From: Paraphysomonas bandaiensis | Taxonomy: Eukaryota; Protista; Chrysophyceae | Length of the DNA: 64,000 nt | Direction: 5' to 3' | Assembly (NCBI GenBank): GCA_965644295.1 | Contig: CBFFRP010000039.1 | Coordinates: forward strand, 62,001 to 126,000 | In this document: positions 48,994-60,500 of the stretch, piece by piece | Position numbering within the stretch: position 1 is the stretch's first letter | Layout of the letters: each line of letters begins with the position of its first letter | Translations under genes and position numbers: made by a program | The notes under the pieces: generated by a model | What the model saw: the letters and a program-made list of their open reading frames with translations, nothing else | Databases searched by the model: none | Told to the model about the DNA's origin: nothing

Positions 48994-49508
48994 ATTGAAA
49001 GTCTTATTATTAGCAATAAGCGTTACAAAACTGCACCAACTTAGTAGCTAGATGAATGCTAGACAAACTAAATAGACCTCTACCTGTAACTAATCAGTAC
49101 ACACCTTTTTTATCCTACTATCTAACGCTACGGAAGCTGCTTGTGCGTGCGTCGCGCCACAAGCACCAAGGTGTGATCACTTCTGCTCTGAGTACTTAAG
49201 GTGAACATCCCGGATGCTTGACTTCAGCAGGCAGCCCAACACTCCGGTTACCCTTCAGGTGGGCCCTGTCCCGGAGGCCCTTGAGGTGGGCCCATTCCCG
49301 GATGCCTGTTTATTCGTCAGTGACCAAAGACGTCTACACAAGTGACACTTATTGGTGTCCCTTGTACCACACAAGCATTCGGCTATAAGTGGGCAGAAGA
49401 ATAACTGCTGACTATGTTTGCGGCTCACGTTAGTTTCCCAGAGAGAAACTCTCCGGTACTTATCCCCCAGAATACCGCGAAAAGGTGCGAGTCCAACTTT
49501 GTTGAGGG
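48994..49508 (-). mobile_element. Ribozyme-headed SINE-like retroposon, copy F (most intact)
   Basis: TSD ATATATTGGTAT at 48982-48993 and 49510-49521; no TIR, no ORF. Confidence 0.88.
49420..49508 (-). ncRNA. Putative HDV-like (L1Tc/ingi-type) ribozyme
   Basis: CCCUCAAC..GGA CUCGC ACC UUUUCGC GGU AUUCUGGGGG AUAAGUA CCGGAGAG-UUU-CUCUCUGG GAAACUAA C GUGAG CCGC. Confidence 0.7.
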
Positions 49509-50310
49509 AATATATTGGTATGCAACCCTGATGTTTATTCTAATATTGTGTATCCGACACAGACATTTATTTGTTGGATGATGTAACTCAAACAACTGAA
49601 CTTTAAATTTACTCAATCATCAATTAATAAAAATTGTGATCATCATCTCTTCACATTCATGCTGATCCACTAAACTTTTATCCTCACTACTACCCACTAC
49701 CAATCAATATTATCAAATCTTAGGCAGATATGCCATATGCCCTCTTATATCTTGAACTTGTACAGTAAATATATTTAGTTTCACTTACATGACTCATATC
49801 ACATCATGAATTCATCTATTACTGTTTACAATTTACAACTACACTATTATTCAAGTAACGATTATAAATCAAAAGCCTTAAATTACAGCTTTCATTGCTT
49901 AGAAATAAGAACGGTACGTATTTTCGCTGTTTTGCTTTTTTACTTTTAACTGTGTCTGTTCATGCGTACAATCAATATTACGCTGTGTGATTCCAATCAA
50001 ATGGGTAAGTTTTTAATCATACAATTAACTTAGCTAAGTCCCAATTCGCAATCATTTGAATGGTACGCCGCAGGCTACAACGTTCTGTATTACATACAAT
50101 CTTCGTCGCTGAAGTAACCTGTCATCCTGCAATTGCTAGATACTATATTATAACATTCGGTATTCCTATAATTCGAAATCTTACTGAACTTCAAAATACG
50201 TTTCATAACCACGGAGCTAAAAAAAAGGACAAAGTAGTGAAGAGTTGAGGTGTTAGTTAGTAGCAAGATGGAGGAGTATTTTCACAGAAGATAATCGCAA
50301 ACTATCTAGT

Positions 50311-51200
50311 TTAATTCCATCCAGTAGGAGCAGCGGCGGTGGCCTCCCATCCGGCAGTCTCTGGAGCAGGTGCTGCGGAATCCCATCCTCCCTCCACGAC
50401 AGGAGCAGCCGCCCCGTCCCAGTTCTGGGCTTGTGCAAATTCAGTGCCTTCTGCGATAGGATTAGCTGCAGGTGCGGCAGTTTCTTCAAAAACAAGGGCC
50501 TCTTCAGTCTTCTCGAGCTCATCCGGGTCGCGGTAGAAGAAGAGGTCTACTGGAACATCCCATGCAGTCTCTCGGTCGATGGTACCACGCAAGCGGAGCA
50601 CTTCGCGGGCCAGAAGCCAATACAGCAGGCCAATAGAGAGTTTTCCCTTGTTATTACCAGGAATAGCACAATCAACGTACTCAAGAGGTGAGTCAGAGTC
50701 ACAAAAAGAAATGACAGGGATGTTGACGTAAGAGGCCTCCTTAATAGCCTGGGAGTCAACACGGGGGTCAGTGACAATCAGCAGACGAGGCTCTTTGAAC
50801 TGTTTTGTGATCTGGTTAGTGAAAGTGCCTGGTGTAAATCTGCCAGCAATGCACTGCGCACCAGTGTACTGAGAGAACTTGAGAACGGCTCTCTGACCGT
50901 AGGGGCGAGCAGAAATGCACACAACATCCTGAGGATTCTCAATTGCGGTGATAATTCTGGCGGCAAGGACAAGCTTCTCCCAGGTCTTGCCAAGATTCAT
51001 AATGTGGAGTCCATCAGAGCGTCTCTTCCAGATGTAATCCTTCATCTTAAAGTCCGAGTTAGTGGTTCCAATATGAACCTCAGCAGAAAGCATTTTCTGC
51101 ACATCCTCTTCTCTAAAATTACATATAAGCACAAAACTCGTATGAATTACAGCCACATGTTCAATACTTACTTGCACCTCAACACTGCTGGAAGTGACAT
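50311..51200 (-). CDS. RPSA: 40S ribosomal protein SA (uS2)
   Basis: [47 protein letters not shown]; intron 51113-51171. Confidence 0.97.
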
Positions 51201-51663
51201 ATTTCTACTCTTATATCTCAACCTCTTCTTTCAACTGATAGATGAGAGGATTAACTTCAGTATTGTTGTTTGGTTTCTTACTTTCGTCCCATCTAATTTG
51301 CGCCATGAAAGAGTAATCAAGATCTTGGAGGGATGAAAACTGAAAAGAGTTCCTTTTTCATACCATGTATGTACACTTCAAAAATTGTGAATATGGGAAT
51401 AGATAGACAAACCTTTGTAAACTGAAAATGCCGTCTCAAGATATATGCATGGAAATCTGTTGTTGTGTTGGAAGAAACAAAAGGGGTGTTTTTTTTTGTG
51501 TAATGGAGAGAGTTTGTGGTAATAAGGCACAGAGGGGTGTTGTGTGGAGATATACATACAAAGTATACAACAAGAATAATTCGAGTCGATTAGTTTCAAT
51601 TATTCTTATGTTTCAACTTTTGTTTCACATTAGCCACTGTTGAACAACTACAGGATCAACGTC

Positions 51664-53348
51664 ATGGCTACCAAAAGTGCTAATCTTGTTAACCCAAATG
51701 CTGAAATTGTGGCCTCATCGCAGTGCCTACACGTAAACGTCACCGCTGCTCGGGGATTGCAGATGGTGCTGAAAACCAACCTAGGCCCTAGAGGTACTCT
51801 CAAGATGCTCGTTGGAGGGGCAGGACAGATTAAAATAACGAAGGATGGTAACGTTCTTTTGCATGAAATGCAAATCCAACATCCCACTGCAATGATGATC
51901 GCAAGAGCAGCAACTGCTATGGATGACCAAGTAGGAGGTGTGTTTGTCTGCTGAATCTAAATTCCCGTGTTTAGTTTTGTACTACTGTAGATGGAACCAC
52001 AAGTGCCGTTTTATTTACTGGTGAGCTCTTAAAACAAGCTGAGCGGTATACCTCTGAGGGTCTCCATCCTCGTCTTATCACTGAGGGATATGAGGTCGCC
52101 AAGGACATGGTTACCGAATTCCTTGATGCATTCAAAGTTCAACAACCCAACATATTCAGTGACAGAGAGCTTATCTCCAATGTTGTTCGCACATCTCTTA
52201 GAACTAAGCTCGCAGTGGAGCTAGCTGACAAGATGTCTGAGGCTATTGTGGATGCGATGATGTGTATATCCAGGGAGGGAGAGGCCATAGATCTGCACAT
52301 GGTTGAGATTATGCAAATGCAGCACCGCGCAGGATCTGACTCAGGCTTTGTCAATGGACTCGTGCTGGACCATGGTGCAAGACACCCGGACATGCCGAAA
52401 TACATGGAAAATTGTCACATCCTGACTTGCAACGTGTCAATGGAATACGAGAAGACAGAAATATCATCAGGTTTTTACTACTCCAGCGCAGAAGAAAGGG
52501 AGAAATTGGTTGCAAGTGAGCGCAAGTTTACTGACGAAAAGGTGCGACAAGTAATTGAGTTTAAACGCTCCGTTTGCAAGCCAGGGGAGAACTTCGCGGT
52601 GATAAATCAGAAGGGTATTGACCCCGTATCCTTGGACATGCTTGCCAAGGAAGGCATATTCGCTGTGCGTCGTGCGAAGAGAAGGAATATGGAGCGACTC
52701 GCCCTGGCCTGCGGAGGTTCCCCTGTGAACTCTGTGGATGACCTTGAGCCGGATATGCTTGGTTGGGCTGGAAAGATCCATGAGGAAACTCTTGGCGAGG
52801 AAAAATTCACTTTTGTCGAGGATGTGAGGGAGGGCAAATCATGCACAATACTTATCCGTGGACCCAACAAGCATACCATAGACCAAATCAAGGATGCCGT
52901 CCGGGACGGTCTAAGAGCGGTAAAGGGAGCTCTAGAAGACAAGGCGGTAGTTCCAGGGGCGGGGGCCTTCGAGATTGCAGCATCTCGTATGCTTCACCGC
53001 AGGAAAAACGCTGTTGCTGGAAAAGCTAAGCTGGGAGTGCAAGCTTTTGCGGACGCTCTGATGGTTGTGCCGAAGATCCTCGCAGAGAACAGTGGGCTGG
53101 ATGTACAAGATGCGATTATTAAAGTTGAGGAGGAGCAAGAGCGGTCTGGCATGCCCGTTGGACTGAATCTGACAACCGGAGAACCGTTCCTGGCTGGGGC
53201 GGAGGGTATCTGGGACTCGTACACTGTTAAGAGGCAGCAACTGAGCCTTGCTACCATTCTGGCGACACAGCTGTTACTGGTGGACGAAGTAATGAAGGCG
53301 GGTAAGGCTATGGGTAAAGCTCCTCCAGGGGCCATGGATGAGGAGTAG
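51664..53348 (+). CDS. CCT6: T-complex protein 1 subunit zeta
   Basis: [33 protein letters not shown], spliced [28 protein letters not shown]. Confidence 0.97.
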
Positions 53349-53924
53349 ATGATGGGTAGATCATAGTACAGTCTGCTCCTTAGGTTAGGTGGCGGGCGCA
53401 GAACCGGTGAACTTTAGACTAGTACTGCTGTTGCGTTCTGCGGTAGTGTGGAGAGCATGTTGCTTGTGCGAGTGCTTTTTATAATGATAATCATAGCTAG
53501 TCGTGACCTGTGATTAGCAAATACTATTACTGCCGTACATTATGTACTGAGGTTAGATGTGTTGACAACAGAGTTGTGGCGTTCTTCAAGAATACTACAA
53601 TGTTATGATGTGTCAAAGTACTCATGGTTTTATATCGCATCATGCCACGACGTATCATTACATAGTGTGACAAACCAGGTCACAGGTCCCTGTGATACGC
53701 ACACGATCGTGTGTGTCCGTGAAGTGGAATGATACTGAGGAGGTGCTTGGAATCAGCCATCACTGAGGAAGAACATTAATAGACAAATTTCCGTTGATAT
53801 CATAATGGTCTTAAGATATACTTGCCTTAGGCCAGATGTACAATTTAATCCTGCAGATCAATCGTTTGTGATACAGACATATATCACTATTCACTATCTG
53901 AATGTGCATTACACATATCCGTGT

Positions 53925-54475
53925 CCCTCAACAAAGAGTCGGACTCGCACCTTCTCGTGGTGTTCTGAGGGATAAGTACCGGAGTTATTTCTCCGAGAAA
54001 CTATCGTGAGCCGCATATTATATATAATATATAACCTCACGATACATACCAAGAATATGTAATAGTCAGCAGATATTGTTCTGTTCACTCATTTGCCACA
54101 TGCATGTGTAGTACATGGGACACTAATATAAGTGTCACTTGTGTAGTAGGTAGTAGACTTCTTTGGGCCTTCACGAATAAACAAGCATCCGAAAATGGGC
54201 CCACCTCAAAAGCATCCGGGGTTTTGGGCTGCCTGCTGATGTCAAGCATCAGGGATGTTCATCTTCATTAATCAAAAATCCTGAAGTCAGCTGATTGCAG
54301 GTATATATCAACAATCTGCATGCTCACTGCGTTTGCTTTTTCGAGTGGTAGAGCGATAGTGGTTTCACCTTGGTGCTTGCCGTGACGCACAAGCAGCTTT
54401 CGTAGTGTTAAATAGTAGAATATCAGAGTTAAGTATAACCCTTAAACGCCTAGTGCTAATAATGGACATTCACTA
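53925..54475 (+). mobile_element. Ribozyme-headed SINE-like retroposon, copy G (long subfamily)
   Basis: CCCTCAAC...ACCTTCTCGTGGTGTTCTGAGGGATAAGTACCGGAG...GAAACTATCGTGAGCCGC head, body to GACATTCACTA. Confidence 0.83.
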
Positions 54476-54646
54476 CTATCTGTCTATGTACTTCCTTTGC
54501 ATCAAAGTTTACCCTTTTTCTTGGTTTCACCTCTTCTTAACTCACTTAACTTTGCACACTATACATTTATACATTATGTGATCAACACAATTCAACAGTA
54601 AATCCTCTGTTGACCTGAGGCTATATATATAACTATCCGTTATTAC

Positions 54647-57117
54647 CAGGGCTGTGTATCAATTAATTGATGCAGGTTGTAGTCAATTATAATTACAACT
54701 ATTACTTGCTCTCTCAATTTCAATTATTTAGTACTAAAAAATACACTAGCTGCCAATATTATAGCTCTTAAATGTAGAGAAGTCAAGCTCTTGTGCAAAC
54801 CCGTCATAACAAACTTAGCTCTACTGAACAACCTTTCAACTTTATTGGTTATGACATGCAAGTGCTTCATGCTGCGGTATCGACGAGTTTGCTGGTTAAG
54901 TCTTGCTCGTTTCCGCTGTCTGCTTCCATAAATCAAACGTTGCGCTGCGTCATTATTCTGAACTAGACTCTCACTGTCATCATCATCTTCATTTTCATCG
55001 AGCAAAAATATTTTAATTTGATCCTTTTCCGTCCGAGTTGCAGCTTCGTTGCCACATTGAGTCTTCACGACTGCCTTTTCAAAAGCAGCGTTATGAATAA
55101 TAGCAGCATATATTGTCGCCAAGATGACGCTCGACAAAAAGCGGGTGCCTTAAGTAAACATTATGGAAACGTGGGAAATTTTGGAGTATTTACAGTATTT
55201 AAGTAGAAATAATGTTTAAAAAACTATTCTATTTGTAGTGTTAGTGTTAGAGACAACAAAAAATATTAATTTTATTTTAATTTTAAGCCTCATAGGATGT
55301 TACAGAAGTGCGTTTTTGCTTACCAGTAACCACGTTATCTGCCTTCATACTACCACACTATCAACCCATTGATCACCATGATGAGCGGACTAAGTGTAAT
55401 TGCCAGCAGTCATTGCCCTCTACTCGTAGCTACATTGTTTCTAGCCACTTGTGATTTAAATATACAACTTAAATACGAATTACATCATAATGTAACTTTC
55501 CTTTCACTGTATGAACAACACACACTAAAAGTCCATGAACATTTATCACTTTCTCACTCACATTGAACTGTAGTTCACCCCATTGTCATCACACAAACAA
55601 TATATGTGATACAAAACTGGCTCTCAGTACAACATGAGCCTCTTGCATGCACTCGGCTCAACGAGAGAATATGTAGCACATATAACAATATAGACAACAT
55701 ACCCATCACACAACCAATATACGTCATACACTATATCTCTCGGTGCACCCTGCCTGAGCATACTATATTCACTCAGCTACCACAAAATGTATGTACAAAC
55801 AATGTACAAACGTCGTGGAAGTCAAGCTCGTGTTCACCTTACTTTGTAATTATTGTAAGGATATTAGTTGAAGCAATTCCAATTCCCCCCGTAATTGCAC
55901 GAGCTTGGCATGCTCTTTTTCACTTGGTATTAGACTTCAGACGTCGGAACCAAACTCGCAAGATCGCAAATGATTAGATAGAAGCAAGTAGCGGTCAATC
56001 ATGGCAAATGTGGAGCCTTTTTACAATACTATTCTCTATTGCAGCCTCTTCGTTATTATCATATATTTTCTCAAAGAACACTCGTGCAATGACTTCTGGT
56101 GTCAGTTAATTAAATGAATTATTATGTGAGATAACCCTATGGATATTATAGTCTTTCACAAATCTTCGATTTTTATCCTATTTATTGAAAGTCTTATTAT
56201 TAGCAATAGGCGTTACAAAACTGCACCAACTTAGTAGCTAGATGAATGCTAGACAAACTAATTAGACCTCTACCTGTAACTAATCAGTACACACGTTTTT
56301 ATCCTACTATTTAACGCTACGGAAGCTGCTTGTGCGTGCGTCGCCACAAGCACCAAGGTGCGACCACTTCCGCTCTGAGTACTTAAGTTGAACATCCCGG
56401 ATGCTTGACTTCAGCAGGCAGCCAATACCCCGGTTACCCTTCAGGTGGGTCCTGTCCCGGATGTCCTTAAGGTGGGCCCGTTCCAGAATACCTGTTTATT
56501 CGTCAGGGCCCAAAGTATATTGAACTACAACCAACTCCTACGTGCGTACTTGAAGCTTGGTGAAGCCAATCGCTAGTAGTTATCCTGTATTCTATGATGT
56601 AGCAATGAAATACAGAATATACATGACTACAGTATATAGGAGTAGCTTTTACAAGTATACAAAGAAACTGAAAATATTGTAGCTGTTAAAGATATGATTT
56701 GTAGAACAGAATGTTGATGTTGGTGAATGATGTGGTTCCTAACTCACAGTGCCACAACATCATAATTTCACTATATATATCTCCTATAATATCAATCAGT
56801 CAATATTGTACTAACTATAAGCTTAAGTTAATACAAAGACGTCTACACTCTACACAAGTGACACTTATTGGTGTCCCTTGTTCCACACAAGCATTCGGCT
56901 ATGAGTGGGCAGAAGATTATCTGCTGACTATGATTTTTATTCTAAAAATAGGACTTTTTTAAGCAACTTTTTAGTATAAAAAGGTGATATTTTTTCATCA
57001 ATTAACAATTAATTGAAGCAAGCTGGAATCAATTATAATTGCATTATGATTTGCCCCAATTTCAATTATTGCAATTTCAATAACTGACAATTAATTGATA
57101 ATTGATACGCCGCCCTG
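54647..57117 (-). mobile_element. Non-autonomous hAT transposon with both TIRs and nested insertions
   Basis: TIRs CAGGGC(T/G)G(T/C)GTATCAATTA; 8-bp TSD GTTATTAC at 54639-54646 and 57118-57125; transposase remnants including ORF 54724-55137 (NKVERLFSRAK). Confidence 0.92.
56181..56932 (-). mobile_element. 5'-truncated SINE-like retroposon, copy H, nested in the hAT
   Basis: 12-bp TSD ATTTTTAT(C/T)CTA at 56169-56180 and 56933-56944; lacks the ribozyme head; interrupted at 56516-56833. Confidence 0.85.
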
Positions 57118-57595
57118 GTTATTACATCATCTCAAAAGTATCGATTAGAGCAGTGTTGTTTATTTGCACAACCGTTCTCATGTAATAATCAGACTTTCTT
57201 ATAGGCACCGACAGCATGAGAGATAAAATAACTAAAAGATATTCAGCAGTTCGGCCTAATACTTCTCATATATTTATAATTCAAAGTCTAATCTAACAGC
57301 GATGATCGCCTCCAATCTAATAAAAGAATATTATATAGTAAACATGAGAAACAGAAGATGACAAATACATCACATAAAGTTCTATAAGAATGTGCCCTTG
57401 TTTCATAAAATTGTAACAAAAATTATTTATTTAATGTTTCACCACGCATCTAATCCATAATATCTAGCGAGAAAAGATTTCTCCGCGACAAAACTCGAGA
57501 GAAAACGCAGCTCAGATTCTACTATTCTCCTGTCGCCTAATATGCACTATATGCACCACACGTAGAGTACGAATTTTGTACAAGCGAAAAAACAC

Positions 57596-60500
57596 CTAAC
57601 CTTCAGAACTTTTGCCGAAAAGATTTCCAACCACGCCTTTAAATATCTTGTTTCGATTCAGCTATATTATACCAAATATAAGTTAGAAGCGAGAAACGTT
57701 TACAAACATTGTCGTATACCTTGGCTATTGTCTCATCAGCGAAGGATCGCGCATTTGTTGCAAGATTACCAGCGGCATCAGATGCTACCACGCCAAGGTG
57801 GTGAGCCTGTTGAAGTGTGCCTTTAACAGCTTGTATTGGAGCATTAACGATTTGTGAAAGGGTGCTCTGTATTCGACCGCGGTCCCATTTAATAAAGTCT
57901 GGGAGTGCCCGTACATACATAGCCCCGGAAGAGGTGGAGACAGAGACGAGTGCTGGGCACTTCGGTTTAGGGCCTACACTAACACATAGAACAGCAGCCT
58001 GTTCAGGTTCAGGTGCCAGTACACTGCCCCTTCCACCTCCTACCAATACACAGGTGAGACACCGATCGTGAGGTCGGAACTCATATAACAAGTCTAATGT
58101 TTGAGCGCAGAGAAAAAGAACTCGTCCATCTCGGTGTCCCGATATCACAACACTTCCGCGACCGGGGCATGAGAGGAATGTAACTGGAGACGGAGTCTGT
58201 AATACAGCTAGGCGCACACCATGCAGACTATATGATGCCAGGAAGTGACGCATACTAGTGGGCGCTGTAGATAGACCCATCACTTGCACGTCCTCTTCTC
58301 GCCCAGTGGCTTCGATATGGACGATTATCACACCATCATCAGACAAATGAATGCGGCGAATTTTTACATCCTCCTGCTGATGCCACAATCTGTAGGACCG
58401 TCCGACCGCTCCAATTTCCTGAGAGCTTTTGAAGTCTCGGTAGATATCCAGAATGTGCAATCTCTCATTCCGCTCAATAGAATATACATGTATCCTGCCC
58501 ATAGAGGCTGCAACCACAATACCCATTTGCCATGATAGGTCGCAGCAGGATTCTTCACATGCAGTACAAATAAACACACGCTGTGGTCGGCGAGATATTA
58601 TGATACGTTTCACTGGCTGACCTTGTTTGTTCTTGGCAACACGCGAAACAGTCCATACAAGCACCCTTCCCGCTTCTTCACAACTTGCAAAAACATCTGT
58701 TGCGCTTCCCGGAATTTCATCACCAGACACACAAGTCACAGGACTACGATGCGCTCTAAAATCTCCTGCCGAAAGAATTTGTGTTTGCTTTGATGCAACC
58801 TCACGCACTGCAATTCCCCCGTCCACCCGTCCATACGAGAGTATCAAACGACTATGATGCGTACAGAAGATACGGAGCCCTTCGGTATGGGGTAGCAATG
58901 ACTGTGAACAACTGGTTGATGCGCGCCGCGATGGAGTGACAATGTTGCTGCTTGGATCTGAACCAGTTAGTTGACGTCGGGGGTGCGCAAGTGGCACACG
59001 AGGAAGTACCTCAAAGTGGGAGGTCTCCCGATCAACGACCAAAAGTACATCTCGCGTTATATTTACACCGCCGTGTGGATGAGAGGGCGGAGTGAGTGGC
59101 ATAATATCTTGAGAACTACCATCTGCAGGTCGTACCTGCAGATTATTTTGCGCAGTGGGCGTATGGGTACCCTCCAGCTCTAGCACCAGTGACTGGAGAG
59201 GAAGCTTCTTATTAGCTGGCACACCCTTTCCAGAACTAGAGATACGCGACATTCCGTCATCAAAATTTATGATGTCCTTGTCGTCCGTGACTCTTGACCC
59301 TTCAGGATGGATACTTCGCCCTTCACCTGTACGAGCCCAATCGTCCCCCCTACCACGGCTTCTCTTGACAGAACCCCCGGTTGGTCCACTGGTTGCTGAG
59401 CTCTCTACCCTGTTACCATTTGCCACTATCAACCTCGCAACATCAGACAGACCGTAACGATAGGATTCAACAACGCCGTTCTCCAATACACAGAGGATAT
59501 TCGTAGCACGAATAGTCATACTGACAACCCTGGCAGAAGATATACGGTTTACAAGAGTACAGCTGGCCTCCATTGATAGCTTTTCTTCGGCAGTTGTCGG
59601 AGCACAGAACCCTTTCGTCCTCAGGTCGAAACATCGGCGCAGCGGACGCGGTACCGATAGCATCGCTCTGGCAGGATGGGGCGTCCGAAATAACTCCATT
59701 GGGCATTGTCCAAAGTGGGCTATCTGTATATCTATCGCCTTTCGAGTAGCCTCATCCTTTATGAGCTCCCGGTTGACGGCGCCATAGTAAGTGAGATAGT
59801 AAAACACATTGTTTGCCTCCACCGCTTGTGGTCCACGTTGTTTGCACCCGAAAATCAAGTCTATCCACTCGTGCAGATGGGCGGAGACATAATCACTCTC
59901 CAATGCTTCACGATTAATTCGGACAAATTCTTCAGCGCTTGAGGCCCAAGGCGGCAGCTCCACATCACCGACAGTCTCCCCACTCTGCATCTTACCGAAC
60001 TCGTAGTCATTTACGTTCTTCAGAAACTCCGGTAGCGTGAACCATTCCGGCGTGAGTTCTTTCACTTCAGATAGCATAGTAGTGTTGTGCTCCCAGGTCC
60101 GAGGAATAGAGGAAAACAGACGATCTGGCACATCGAAATGGCCATTTTGAACTTCCATATGCAGAGATGCAAACGGCTGAAGCCGAATGAGGAAGTGCAG
60201 GACGACACCAACCATGGTGCTATAGTGTGAGCCATACATGAAAGGAGGGATATCACCATCACGAAAAGAGTTGAATCGTTCAATAAAACTTTCCAGGCGC
60301 TCCTCATTGAGCGCTCCAATTGGCTTTGACAGATCTCTGTATGTACCAGGGTCAGACAAATCGATGGTGTCCTTCGTGTATTGAGCTATTACCCATGGGA
60401 ATACTGGGTACTGACAAAGGTCATTAAAAGACCTTCCTGCGAGAGTGTTCAGAGCCATAAGATAATCGAAGTTCGACATCTCTCCGTTGACCCACTGCTG

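Noticed and set aside
49300-49445. Hammerhead ribozyme in the retroposon (GAAACUA...UAGUC plus CUGACGA)
   Set aside because: Stem III could form, but stems I and II do not pair around CUGACGA; the GAAACUAA is better explained as the HDV J4/2 strand
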